DNA of 64,000 bases, taken from the NCBI GenBank assembly GCA_965248925.1, contig CBDFLE010000005.1, forward strand, positions 1,504,001 to 1,568,000. Direction: 5' to 3'. Shown piece by piece: positions 9,355 to 21,300 of this stretch. The notes under the pieces are model-generated. The model saw only the letters and a program-made list of their open reading frames with translations. It was not told the origin of the DNA and made no database searches. The translations under genes were made by a program, and so were the position numbers. The stretch comes from Candidatus Multivoradales bacterium (GTDB lineage: Bacteria; Acidobacteriota; Thermoanaerobaculia; Multivoradales; J023). Position 1 is the first letter of the stretch. Each line of letters begins with the position of its first letter.

Positions 9355-12300
9355 TTACTTGGAGTTTCTTGCAACACTCAACAAATCTCCAGCCAGCTGC
9401 AACCGCTGGCCCAGTATGTTCGCCAGCGGTATCACATCGGGTTCGCGGACGATCGAGAAATGGTCTCCCTGCACGAGGTGCACCTCGAGTTCAGCGGCCA
9501 AGCCTTGCCAACCTCCATCCAGGTCTTTGGGCTCCATTCTTGTTCTTTTCTCAGCCAGGAACAGGTCTAATTTCCCCGCGTACGACGAGGGACAGAACTG
9601 ACTCAAGGCATCGACATGCCGTTCAAAGTTGACGTAAAGTTCTTTCAGCTGCGACAGCGTTACGCTGCTAGGTAGGTGCCCAGCCCGTGTTAGGGTAGCC
9701 TGAAATCTAGGCATGGCCTCCTCGACCGTCTTGAGATTACCCTTGGTTCGGGACAGGAACTTCCTCTGACTTTCGTCAAGACCGAGCTGTTGGCCAAAGC
9801 TGACCAGACGGCTGAGCCCCTTGAGCTGAGCCATCTCTTGCAGCACCCAGATCTTGGAATCGATCAAACCTAGAAATGCTACCTCACCCCCTGCCGCCTC
9901 TATCTGGCGAGCCATCTCAAAGGCGATGAAGCCTCCCATCGACCAGCCACTCAAGAAGTAGGGGCCGTGGGATTGCACTTTACGAATCTCGCCGGCATAA
10001 CGTTGAGCCATTCCCTCGATTGTCGTCGTCGCGGCTTTCCCCTCTATACTGGTATCGCGCAAGCCGTAGAAAGGCCCCTCTCTGCCCAGGAGGCGTGCCA
10101 GGCGGGCGTAGCAGAAAATTTCGCCGCCGGTGGGGTGAACGCAGAACAATGGTGGTCGACTGCCACCGTTCTGCAGACACATCAGGGGTGAGGTAGTGTC
10201 GCCCGCCACCGTAGCCTGCTGTTCCAACTGGCATTTCAGCGCCATTCTGATGACTTCATACAGCGCTCTTATATTGCTCGTCCCTTCTTCATGCACCACC
10301 ATTCCGACTTTGTATTCTGCCGAGCCCGGTTGTAAGTAATCCATGAACCACAGACGGTGCTGACCGAAAATCTGGTGGGACTGCTCCGCCGCGCTGCCCT
10401 GCGCTGTCTCACCTCGGGCCAGGAAGGCTTCTACCTTCTCCGCCAAACCGGCTATTGTCGGAGTATCGAAGAGATCGATCAGCGGTAGATCGACTGCGAA
10501 GGTTTCATGGATGCGTAGCATCACCTGGGGAGCAATTAGAGAATGTCCGTGAAGGTCGAAGAAGTCCTCGTGAATTCCGACGCTCTTTAGTACCAAGAGT
10601 CGTCTCCACATCCCTACCAGCAACCTCTCCACCATCGTTCGCGGCGCGGTGGTATCACGCTCCTGAAGTCCGCTCTGCGGCGTCGGCAGTGAGCGCCGAT
10701 CGATCTTGCCACTCGGGGTTAGAGGCAGAGCCTGCAGCTCAACGAAGGTCTGCGGAATCATGTAATCGGGCAGACTTTTCGCCAGGAATCTGGGCAGCTC
10801 TGCGGGATCGAATTCGCCATCCCCGGAGACAACCAAGTAAGCTATTAACCGGCTGGTGGTGGGCCCATCCGGGAGTATGGCCGCCACAGCTTCACAAACT
10901 CGCGGGTGTGCCTCCAAGGCCGTATCGATTTCTCCCGGTTCTATTCTGAAGCCCCGCACCTTGACTTGCTGATCGATTCGTCGCAGGAAATCGATCTCGC
11001 CGCTTGCCCGCCAGCGCGCCAGATCGCCGGTGCGGTAGAGGCGCTCTCCAGCCTCGACGGAGAAACGATCGGGAACAAAACTTGTGGCGGTAAACGCTGG
11101 CCGGTCAAGATAGCCACGGGCCAGGGCAACGCCGCCAATCAACAGTTCTCCTGGAACCCCGGCCGGCGCCTGCGCGCCTAGGGAATCACACAGGTAGATC
11201 TTGGTGTGATCGATGGCACAACCGATCGGTGGCAGGGTCTCTGTACAAGAAGCTGGGTTGCTGTCGGTCCAGGAAGTTACTACGTGGCCTTCCGTGGGCC
11301 CGTAATGATTGTTCAGAGTCGAAAGTTTCTGGCGGCGAAAAAATTCCCGCACCGCGGTGGTCAAGCGCAGTTGTTCACCAGCGATAAAGGTCTCTCGCAA
11401 GGCCCGGGGAATGCGCTTACGCTGCACGGCAGCCTCGGCCATTTGCTGCAGAGCAACGAAGGGTAGGAACATGCGTTCTACCGGTTGCTGATTCATCCTC
11501 TCCAGGAGATTCGGCGTATCGCGGCGTAGCTGCTCGTCAACCAGCACCAGGGTGCCACCGGCGCACCAGGTCGAGAAGATCTCCTGAACCGACACGTCAA
11601 AGCTCAGCGAGGCAAACTGCAACGTTAGACCACCGCCAAACCGTGACTGGCTGAGTTGCCAGCGGATGAGGTTGACTAGCGCTCCCTGCGGCATCGCCAC
11701 TCCCTTGGGCCGGCCGGTAGAGCCCGAGGTGTAGATCACGTAGGCGAGACTGTCTGCGAGCGACACTGTGCGGGGGTCCTTGGCCGGCATCGCCGCCCAG
11801 CTCCCCCGGTCTCGGTCGAGACAGAGCAGCTCGCACGACAGCGGCGGCAGTCGCACAAGCAACCGTTGCTGAGTCAGCAGCGCGGTCACCTCAGCATCCT
11901 CGATCATAAATGCCAGACGCTCTTCGGGATAGGACGGATCGAGGGGCAAGTAGGCGCCGCCGGCCTTCAGTACCGCCAACACCGCGATCATCATCTCGAG
12001 CGAACGCTCTGCCATGATTCCCACCACGACGTCCGGTCCCACCCCCAACGAGGCTAGTTTGTGCGCCAGCCGATTGGCCTGACGATCAAGCTCGCCATAA
12101 CTTAGCCGTGCGGCGGCGAAGATTGCCGCGATGGCTTCTGGCTGCCGCTGTACCTGCTGCTGGAAAAGCTCGGTAAGAGTCCCTGTTGGCGGCCATCCAT
12201 CTCCCGTATCGTTCCATTCCACGATCTGCTGGCGCTCCGCTTTGGAAAGCAGGTCGAACCGCAGTAGGGATCGCTCAGGTGTCGTAGCGATGGCTAGCAG

Positions 12301-15300
12301 TAGACGCTGGAAATACTCTATATAGCGCTCGACAGTAGTACCATCGAACAGTTCGCTCGAGTATTCCAGTACTCCCCGCATCCGCCCCGCATCCTCGGTC
12401 ATACTGAGCAGTAGGTCGAATCTAGCGGTGGTCTGTTCGCTGTCGAAGTCCTCAATCTCGAGATCCCCGACAGCAGTAGGTGCTGAAGGTAAGTTCTGAA
12501 ATGCCAACATCACTTGAAAAAGGGGAGAATAGGAGAGGGCGCGTTCCGGCTGAAGTTCTTCGACTAACCACTCAAACGGCAAGTCTTGGTGAGCAAAGGC
12601 CTCGAGCGCCACCGCCCGAACATTCGCCAGAAAGGCCTCGAAACTGGGGTTGCCGGAAAGATCCGAGCGCAGCACTAAAGTGTTGACGAAGAAGCCGATC
12701 AAAGGCTCGATCTCCAGGCGGCTGCGGCCGGCGATCGGCGACCCGACGACAATATCCTGCTGTCGCGAGATGCGCATCAGAAGGGTTTGAAATGCTGCTA
12801 GTATCACCATGTAGAGTGTCGCGCCGCAGCGGCGCCCCAGGGCTTCGAGTGCTTCAGTCACGGCTACCGACAACTCAAATCCAAGAGTCCCTCCGCGAAG
12901 GCTCTGAAGAGCTGGGCGTGGTCGATCAGTGGGGAGTTCCAGAAGCGGTGGCGCGTCTGCAAGTTTGTGACGCCAATATTTCAACTGCACTTCAGCTGGG
13001 CCGCCTTCCAACCACTGTCGCTGCCATGCGGCGAAATCTACGTACTGCACCGGCAGCTTTGCTAGAGGCGAGTCCTGGCCGGTGGAATAGGCGCTGTAGA
13101 GTTCGCCAAGCTCCTGCGAGAGCAATCCCATCGACCAACCATCGCTGATCACATGATGCAAGGTAATCAACAGCACATGCCGCTCGGCTGCCTGGCGAAG
13201 CATACGGGTTCGGATCAGAGGCCCAGAGGTGAGATCAAAGAGCAGTGCGGCTTCCTCGCCAACCAATCGACCCGTCTCGACCTCGCGATCCTCAGGTGAC
13301 AAGTCCGCAAGATCCACCAACGGTAGCCGCCACGGCCCCAGACGAGTGATCACCTGCGCCGGCCCTGCGGCTCCGAGAAAGAAAGTCGTACGCAGGCTCT
13401 CGTGACGCTGCAAAACCTCGACGAATGCACGCTCGAGCGCTGCGATCATCAATCGACCTTCGAGACGCAGGGCCAACGGCATGTTGTAAGCGGGGCTATC
13501 TGGCATCAGCTGGTGCAGGAACCACAGGCGTTGTTGAGCATAGGACAGCGGCAACTCACCTTCCCGTGGCGCCCGATTGATCGGCTCTACGTTCGCCGAA
13601 TCGCCCCGCAACTCAGTATCGATAACGGCTCCGAGCTGACGAATCGTCGACTCCTCGAAAAGGGTACGCAACTGCAGCTCGAGACCCAGGGAAGCTTGCA
13701 AGCGTGAGATGAGCTGCGTCGCCAACAAGGAATGACCACCGAGTTCGAAGAAACTCAAGTCGATATCGCACTGCTTTTGGCCCAGGAGTTCGCACCAGAT
13801 GTTGCTCAGTAACTCTTCGATCGGCGTACGTGGCGCAGTGAAGTCGCCGTCCTTCGCCGAACGTTTCTGGGGTTCCGGCAGGGCCTTGCGATCCACCTTG
13901 CTATTGGCATTCAGCGGCAACTCGGCCAAGAACACATAGTCCGGCGGCACCATGTACTCGGGCAACTTCAACCGCGCCAGCTGGCGCAGTTCCGCGGCTG
14001 TTGGAGCTGTCGGCGCGGCACTCACCACATAGGCCGCCAGGCGCAGGCCGGCTGGGGTTTCCCGCGCCACCACCAACACCTGCTCGACGCCGGCCTGCTC
14101 ACCCAGCACCGCCTCGATCTCCCCCAGCTCGATGCGGAAACCGCGAATCTTCACCTGATGATCGAAACGACCGAGGAAATCGATCTCTCCCTCAGCCCGG
14201 TAGCGAGCCCGGTCGCCGGTGCGATACAGACGTCCTCCCGGCGCTGTCGCGAAGGGATCGGGAACGAAAACCGCCGCGGTCAAAGCTGGCCGGCCGAAGT
14301 AGCCTTGGGCGAGCCCGTCGCCAGCGATCAACAGCTCCCCAGGAACACCGATCGGCCCCCAGCGAAGGTACTCGTCGACCAAGTGGACACGGGAATTGGA
14401 GATCGGAACGCCAATCGGCACCGCTGTCGCGCTCTCTTCGAGGTGGTCCAGCCGGTGGCATACCGCAAAAGTGGTGCTCTCGGTCGGCCCATAGCCGTTG
14501 ATCAACTGCCGCGGCCGATCTTGGTGGTCGAGCACCGCCCGCACCCAGCGAGGGTCCGCGGCCTCGCCGCCAAAGATCACCTGTCGCATACCGCGGAAGG
14601 CACCGGGGAGTTCTTGTCCCACCTGGTCAAACACCGCCGCCGTTAGAAACAGCGTGGTGATCTTCTTCGCCCGCAGCTCGGCCGCCAACAGCGCGGGTGA
14701 GACCAGCGTCTGCTGAGCAATGCCCACCACCGCGCCGCCGTGCAGCAAAGCCCCCCAGATCTCGAAAGTGGCGACGTCGAAGGACGTATTGCACCCCTGC
14801 GCGATGCGCTCGTCACCGACCAGCTGGAGGTAATTGGTCGCCACCAGCAAACGCGTGATCGCCTGCTGCGGCACCGCCACTCCCTTCGGCCGGCCGGTCG
14901 AACCCGAGGTGTACATCACATAGGCCAGGCTCTCGGCCGCCGCCAAGGGCTCGAGCGATGCGGTCTTCTCCTGCTCCACCTCCGGCGCGGTATCGAGGCA
15001 GATCACCTTGCCAGAGAAGGCCGGCAGCTCGCTAGCCACCGCTGTCTCACTCAACACGATCTCGACTCCCGAGTCCTCCAACATCAGCCCTAGCCGCGTC
15101 GCCGGATAGGCCAAGTCGAGCGGCACATAGGCGCCGCCGGCCTTCAAGATCGCCAACATGGCGACGATCATCCGCGGCGAACGAGCCGCGTACAGACCCA
15201 CTAGGGTGCCGGCCTCGACACCACGGCGGCGCAAGTAGCGGGCCAGCTGGTTGGCCGCGCCGTCCAACGCGCCATAGCTCAAGAACTGATCCTCGTAGGC

Positions 15301-18300
15301 CACCGCCACCGCCTGCGGGTGGGCTAAGGCCTGCACCGCAAACAACTCCGGCAGCGACGCTTCGCGCGGATAGACGGTAGCCGTGTCCGACCATGCGACC
15401 AACTGCGCCTGCTCACTCGCCGGCAACAACGGCAGCTGCCACAGCTGCCGCTCCGGATCCGAGACCACCCCATCTAGCAACACCCGCAGATGGCCCGCCA
15501 GACGCTGAATCGTCACCTCGTCGAAGAGATCGACGTTGTACTCCAAGCCGCCGCTGAGCCCCTCTTGGCCTTCCTCTAGGTTGAGGCTCAGGTCCCACTT
15601 CGAGGTTTTCCAGGCGAATTCGACCGGGTAGGTCTGCAAACCCGGTATCGCCGCCGTCCGCAGAATGCTCCGGTGCAGGCTGAAAGCTACCTGGAACAGC
15701 GGCGAGTAACTCAGGCTGCGCTGCGGAGCCAGCTCGTCGACCAGCCGCTCGAAAGGCAGATCTTGATGGTTCAATGCCCCCAACGTAGCTTCTCGAACCC
15801 CCGCCAACAGCTGTCGGAAGCCGAGCTCGTCGGCCACCTCGGTGCGCACCACCAGGGTGTTGACGAAGAAACCGATCAGGCCTTCGAGCTGCGAACGGTG
15901 GCGGCCGGAAACCGGCGTGCCGACGCAGATATCGCGCTGACTCGTGTAGCGCATCAGAAGCGTCATGAAGGCGCCCAGGAGCACCATGTAGAGAGTCGCT
16001 CCCTGAGTCTGGCCGAGGGATTCAAGAGCTTCGCTCAGCGCCTGCGGCAGGCGCAGATCCAACACAGCGCCGCGCTGACTCAGAACTGCGGGCCGCGCGC
16101 GATCCGTCGGCAGCTCCAACAGCGGCGGCGCGCCGGCCAGACGCTGGCGCCAATAGGCGAGCTGGGCAGCGCCCAGATCTCCTTCTTCTAACCAGCGCTG
16201 CTGCCAGGCGGAGTAGTCTACATATTGCACCGGCAGTTCCGCCAGCGGCGAGGCTTTCCCCGCCGAATAGGCGGTGTGCAACGCGGCCAGCTCGCGCATC
16301 AACACTTCCTGCGACCAACCATCGCTGATGATGTGGTGCGTGGTCAGCATCAAGATGTGGTCGTCCGGAGCCAGGCGCAGCAGCAGAACTCGGAACAGCG
16401 GACCGGTGCTCAGAGTGAAGGGGCGGCCAGATTCTTCTTCGACCCAGCGGTCCGCTACCCCTCGCCGCCAAGCCGCCGGCAAGGCGCTCAGATCGACCAC
16501 CGGCAGCCGCCAGCGGCCGGCGGCGGCGACCACTTGCCGCGGCAGGCCGCCCGACGCTTCGAAACGGGTGCGCAGCACCTCGTGCCGGCGCACGATCTCA
16601 GCCAGGGCCTGCTCCACCGGCGCCAGATCAGAGTGCCCCGCGATGCCCAGCACTAGCGGCACGTTATAAGCCGAGCTGTGCGGATTCATCTGGTCGATGA
16701 ACCACAGCCGCCGTTGGGCGAAGGACAGCGCCAGCGGCTCGCCATTGCGGGCTAGACGCGCGAGCGGCAGGCTAGCGTCATGGGCTTCCAGGAGTGCCGC
16801 ATCGATCGTCTGCGCCAGGCCGCGGGCGGTCGGGGTCTCGAAGAGAGTCTGGAGCGCTATTTCGACCCCGAGCACATCGCCCAGACGCGAAATCATCCGG
16901 GTGGCCAGCAGCGAATGGCCACCCAGGGTGAAAAAGTCGTCATCGATTCCTTGGCAATCGACCCCTAGGATCTCCGAGAAGCACTCCACCACCGTCGTCT
17001 CGGTCACACTCCGTGGGGCCACTCTTTCGCTGGCTATGAGCCCTATCTCATCCGGCTCCGGCAGGGCCTTGCGATCCACCTTGCCATTGGCATTCAGCGG
17101 CAACTCGGCCAAGAACACATAGTCCGGCGGCACCATGTACTCGGGCAACTTCAACCGCGCCAGCTGGCGCAGTTCCGCGGCTGTTGGAGCTGTCGGCGCG
17201 GCACTCACCACATAGGCCGCCAGGCGCAGGCCGGCTGGGGTTTCCCGCGCCATCACCAACACCTGCTCGACGCCGGCCTGCTCACCCAGCACCGCCTCGA
17301 TCTCCCCCAGCTCGATGCGGAAACCGCGAATCTTCACCTGATGATCGAAACGACCGAGGAACTCCACTGCACCTCCGGCCCGATAGCAGACCCGGTCGCC
17401 CGTGTGGTAGAGCCGGCCGCCAGGCTGGCTGGAGAACGGATTGGGCACGAACTTCTCAGCGGTCAGTGTGGGCCGCCGGAAATAACCCCACGCCAAGCCG
17501 TCACCACCGATCAGCAGTTCGCCAGCCACCCCCATCGGCACCCTGCCCGAGTGTCGATCCACCACCTCCAACGTGCTATTCGCCAAAGCCCTGCCGATCG
17601 CTACCGTCGTCGCTTCGGCTGGCACCTCCTCTACCCTCTGCCACGAAGCAAAAGTAGTGCTCTCCGTCGGCCCATAAACGTGCAGTAGGTGCTCCGGACT
17701 CCCAGCCCCGAGCACCGCCCGCACCCAGCGCGGATCGATCGCCTCGCCACCAAAGAGCACCTGCCGCAGACCAGCCAAGGCGCCAGGCGCTTCGCTACCT
17801 ATCTGGTGAAACACCGCCGTGGTTAGAAACAGCGTGGTGATCCTCTTCGCCCGCAGCTCGGCCGCCAACAACGTGGGCGAGATCAGCGTCTGCTGGGCAA
17901 TGCCCACCACCGCGCCGCCGTGCAGCAAGGCTCCCCAGATCTCGAAAGAGGCAGCGTCGAAGGACGTATTGGAGGCCTGCGCGACGCGCTCGTCACCTAC
18001 CAGCTGGAGGTAGTTGGTCGCCACCAGCAAACGCGCGATCGCCTGCTGCGGCACCGCCACTCCCTTCGGCCGCCCGGTCGAACCCGAGGTGTACATCACA
18101 TAGGCCAGGCTCTCGGCCGCCGCCAAGGGCTCGAGCGGTGCGGTCTTCTCCTGCTCCACCTCCGGCGCAGTATCGAGGCAGATCACCTTGCCAGAGAAGG
18201 CCGGCAGCTCGCTGGCCACCGCCGTCTCACTCAAAACGATCTCGACTCCCGAGTCCTCCAACATCAGCCCCAGCCGCGCCGCCGGATACGCCAAGTCGAG

Positions 18301-21300
18301 CGGCACATAGGCGCCGCCCGCCTTCAAGATCGCCAGCATGGCGACGATCATCTGCGGCGAACGACCCGCGTACAGACCCACCAGGGTGCCGGCCTCGACA
18401 CCACGGCGGCGCAAGTAGCGGGCCAGCTGGTTGGCCGCACCGTCCAAGGCGCGATAGCTCAAGACCTGATCCTCGTAGGCCACCGCCACCGCCTGCGGGT
18501 GGATCAGGGCCTGCACCGCAAACAACTCCGGCAGCGACGCTTCGCGCGGATAGGCGGTAGCCGTTTCCGACCATGCTACCAGCTGCGCCTGCTCACTCGC
18601 CGGCAACAACGGCAGCTGCCAGAGCTGCCGCTCCGGATCCGAGACCACCCCATCTAGCAACACCCGCAGGTGGCCCGCCAGGCGCTGAATCGTCACCTCG
18701 TCGAAGAGATCTACGTTGTACTCCAAGCCGCCGCTGAGCCCCTCTTGGCCTTCCTCCAGGCTGAGGCTCAGGTCCCACTTCGAGGTTTTCCAGGCGAATT
18801 CGACCGGGTAGGTCTGCAAACCCGGTATCGCCGCCGTCCGCAGAATGCTCCGGTGCAGGCTGAAGGCTACTTGGAATAGCGGCGAGTAACTCAGGCTGCG
18901 CTGCGGAGCCAGCTCGTCGACCAGCCGCTCGAAAGGCAGATCTTGATGGCTCAATGCCCCCAACGTAGCTTCTCGAACCCCAGCCAACAGCTGTCGGAAG
19001 CCGAGTTCGTCGGCCACCTCGGTGCGCACCACCAGGGTGTTGACGAAGAAACCGATCAGGCCTTCGAGCTGCGAACGGTGGCGGCCGGAAACCGGCGTGC
19101 CGACGCAGATATCGCGCTGACTCGTGTAGCGCATCAGAAGCGTCATGAAGGCGCCCAGGAACACCATGTAGAGAGTCGCTCCCTGAGTCTGGCCGAGGGA
19201 CTCAAGAGCTTCGCTCAGCGCCCGCGGCAGGCGCAGATCCAACACCGCGCCGCGCTGACTCAGAACTGCGGGTCGCGCGCGATCCGCCGGCAACTCCAAC
19301 AGCGGCGGCGCGGCGGCTAGACGCTGGCGCCAATAGGCGAGCTGGGCAGCGCCCAGATCCCCTTCTTCTAACCAGCGCTGCTGCCAGGCGGCGTAGTCCG
19401 CATATTGCACCGGCAGTTCCGCCAGCGGCGAGGCTTTCCCCGCCGAATAGGCGGTGTGCAACGCGGCCAGCTCGCGCATCAACACTTCCTGCGACCAACC
19501 ATCGCTGATGATGTGGTGCGTGGTCAACATTAAGATGTGGTCGTCCGGAGCCAGGCGCAGCAGCAGAACTCGGAACAGCGGACCGGTGCTCAGAGTGAAG
19601 GGGCGGCCAGATTCTTCTTCGACCCAGCGGTCCGCTACCCCTCGCCGCCAAGCCGCCGGCAAGGCGCTCAGATCGACCACCGGCAGCCGCCAGCGGCCGG
19701 CGGCGGCGATCACTTGCCGCGGCAGGCCGCCCGACGCTTCGAAACGGGTGCGCAGCACCTCGTGCCGGCGCACGATCTCAGCCAGGGCCTGCTCCACCGG
19801 CGCCAGATCAGAGTGCCCCGCGATGCCCAGCACTAGCGGCACGTTATAAGCCGAGCTGTGCGGATTCATCTGGTCGATGAACCACAGCCGCCGTTGGGCG
19901 AAGGACAGCGCCAGCGGCTCGCCATTGCGGGCTAGACGCGCGAGCGGCAGGCTAGCGTCATGGGCTTCCAGGAGTGCCGCATCGATCGTCTGCGCCAGGC
20001 CGCGGGCGGTCGGGGTCTCGAAGAGAGTCTGGAGCGCTATTTCGACCCCGAGCACATCGCCCAGACGCGAAATCATCCGGGTGGCCAGCAGCGAATGGCC
20101 ACCCAGGGTGAAAAAGTCGTCATCGATTCCTTGGCAATCGACCCCTAGGATCTCCGAGAAGCACTCCACCACCGTCGTCTCGGTCACACTCCGTGGGGCC
20201 ACTCTTTCGCTGGCTATGAGCCCTATCTCATCCGGCTCCGGCAGGGCCTTGCGATCCACCTTGCCATTGGCATTCAGCGGCAACTCGGCCAAGAACACAT
20301 AGTCCGGCGGCACCATGTACTCGGGCAACTTCAACCGCGCCAGCTGGCGCAGTTCCGCGGCTGTTGGAGCTGTCGGCGCGGCACTCACCACATAGGCCGC
20401 CAGGCGCAGGCCGGCTGGGGTTTCCCGCGCCACCACCAACACCTGCTCGACGCCGGCCTGCTCACCCAGCACCGCCTCGATCTCCCCCAGCTCGATGCGG
20501 AAACCGCGAATCTTCACCTGATGATCGAAACGACCGAGGAAATCGATCTCTCCCTCAGCCCGGTAGCGAGCCCGGTCGCCGGTGCGATACAGACGTCCTC
20601 CCGGCGCTGTCGCGAAGGGATCGGGAACGAAAACCGCCGCGGTCAAAGCTGGCCGGCCGAAGTAGCCTTGGGCGAGCCCGTCGCCAGCGATCAACAGCTC
20701 CCCAGGAACACCGATCGGCCCCCAGCGAAGGTACTCGTCGACCAAGTGGACACGGGAATTGGAGATCGGAACGCCAATCGGCACCGCTGTCGCGCTCTCT
20801 TCGAGGTGGTCCAGCCGGTGGCATACCGCAAAAGTGGTGCTCTCGGTCGGCCCATAGCCGTTGATCAACTGCCGCGGCCGATCTTGGTGGTCGAGCACCG
20901 CCCGCACCCAGCGAGGGTCCGCGGCCTCGCCGCCAAAGATCACCTGTCGCATACCGCGGAAGGCACCGGGGAGTTCTTGTCCCACCTGGTCAAACACCGC
21001 CGCCGTTAGAAACAGCGTGGTGATCTTCTTCGCCCGCAGCTCGGCCGCCAACAGCGCGGGTGAGACCAGCGTCTGCTGAGCAATGCCCACCACCGCGCCG
21101 CCGTGCAGCAAAGCCCCCCAGATCTCGAAAGTGGCGACGTCGAAGGACGTATTGCACCCCTGCGCGATGCGCTCGTCACCGACCAGCTGGAGGTAATTGG
21201 TCGCCACCAGCAAACGCGTGATCGCCTGCTGCGGCACCGCCACTCCCTTCGGCCGGCCGGTCGAACCCGAGGTGTACATCACATAGGCCAGGCTCTCGGC

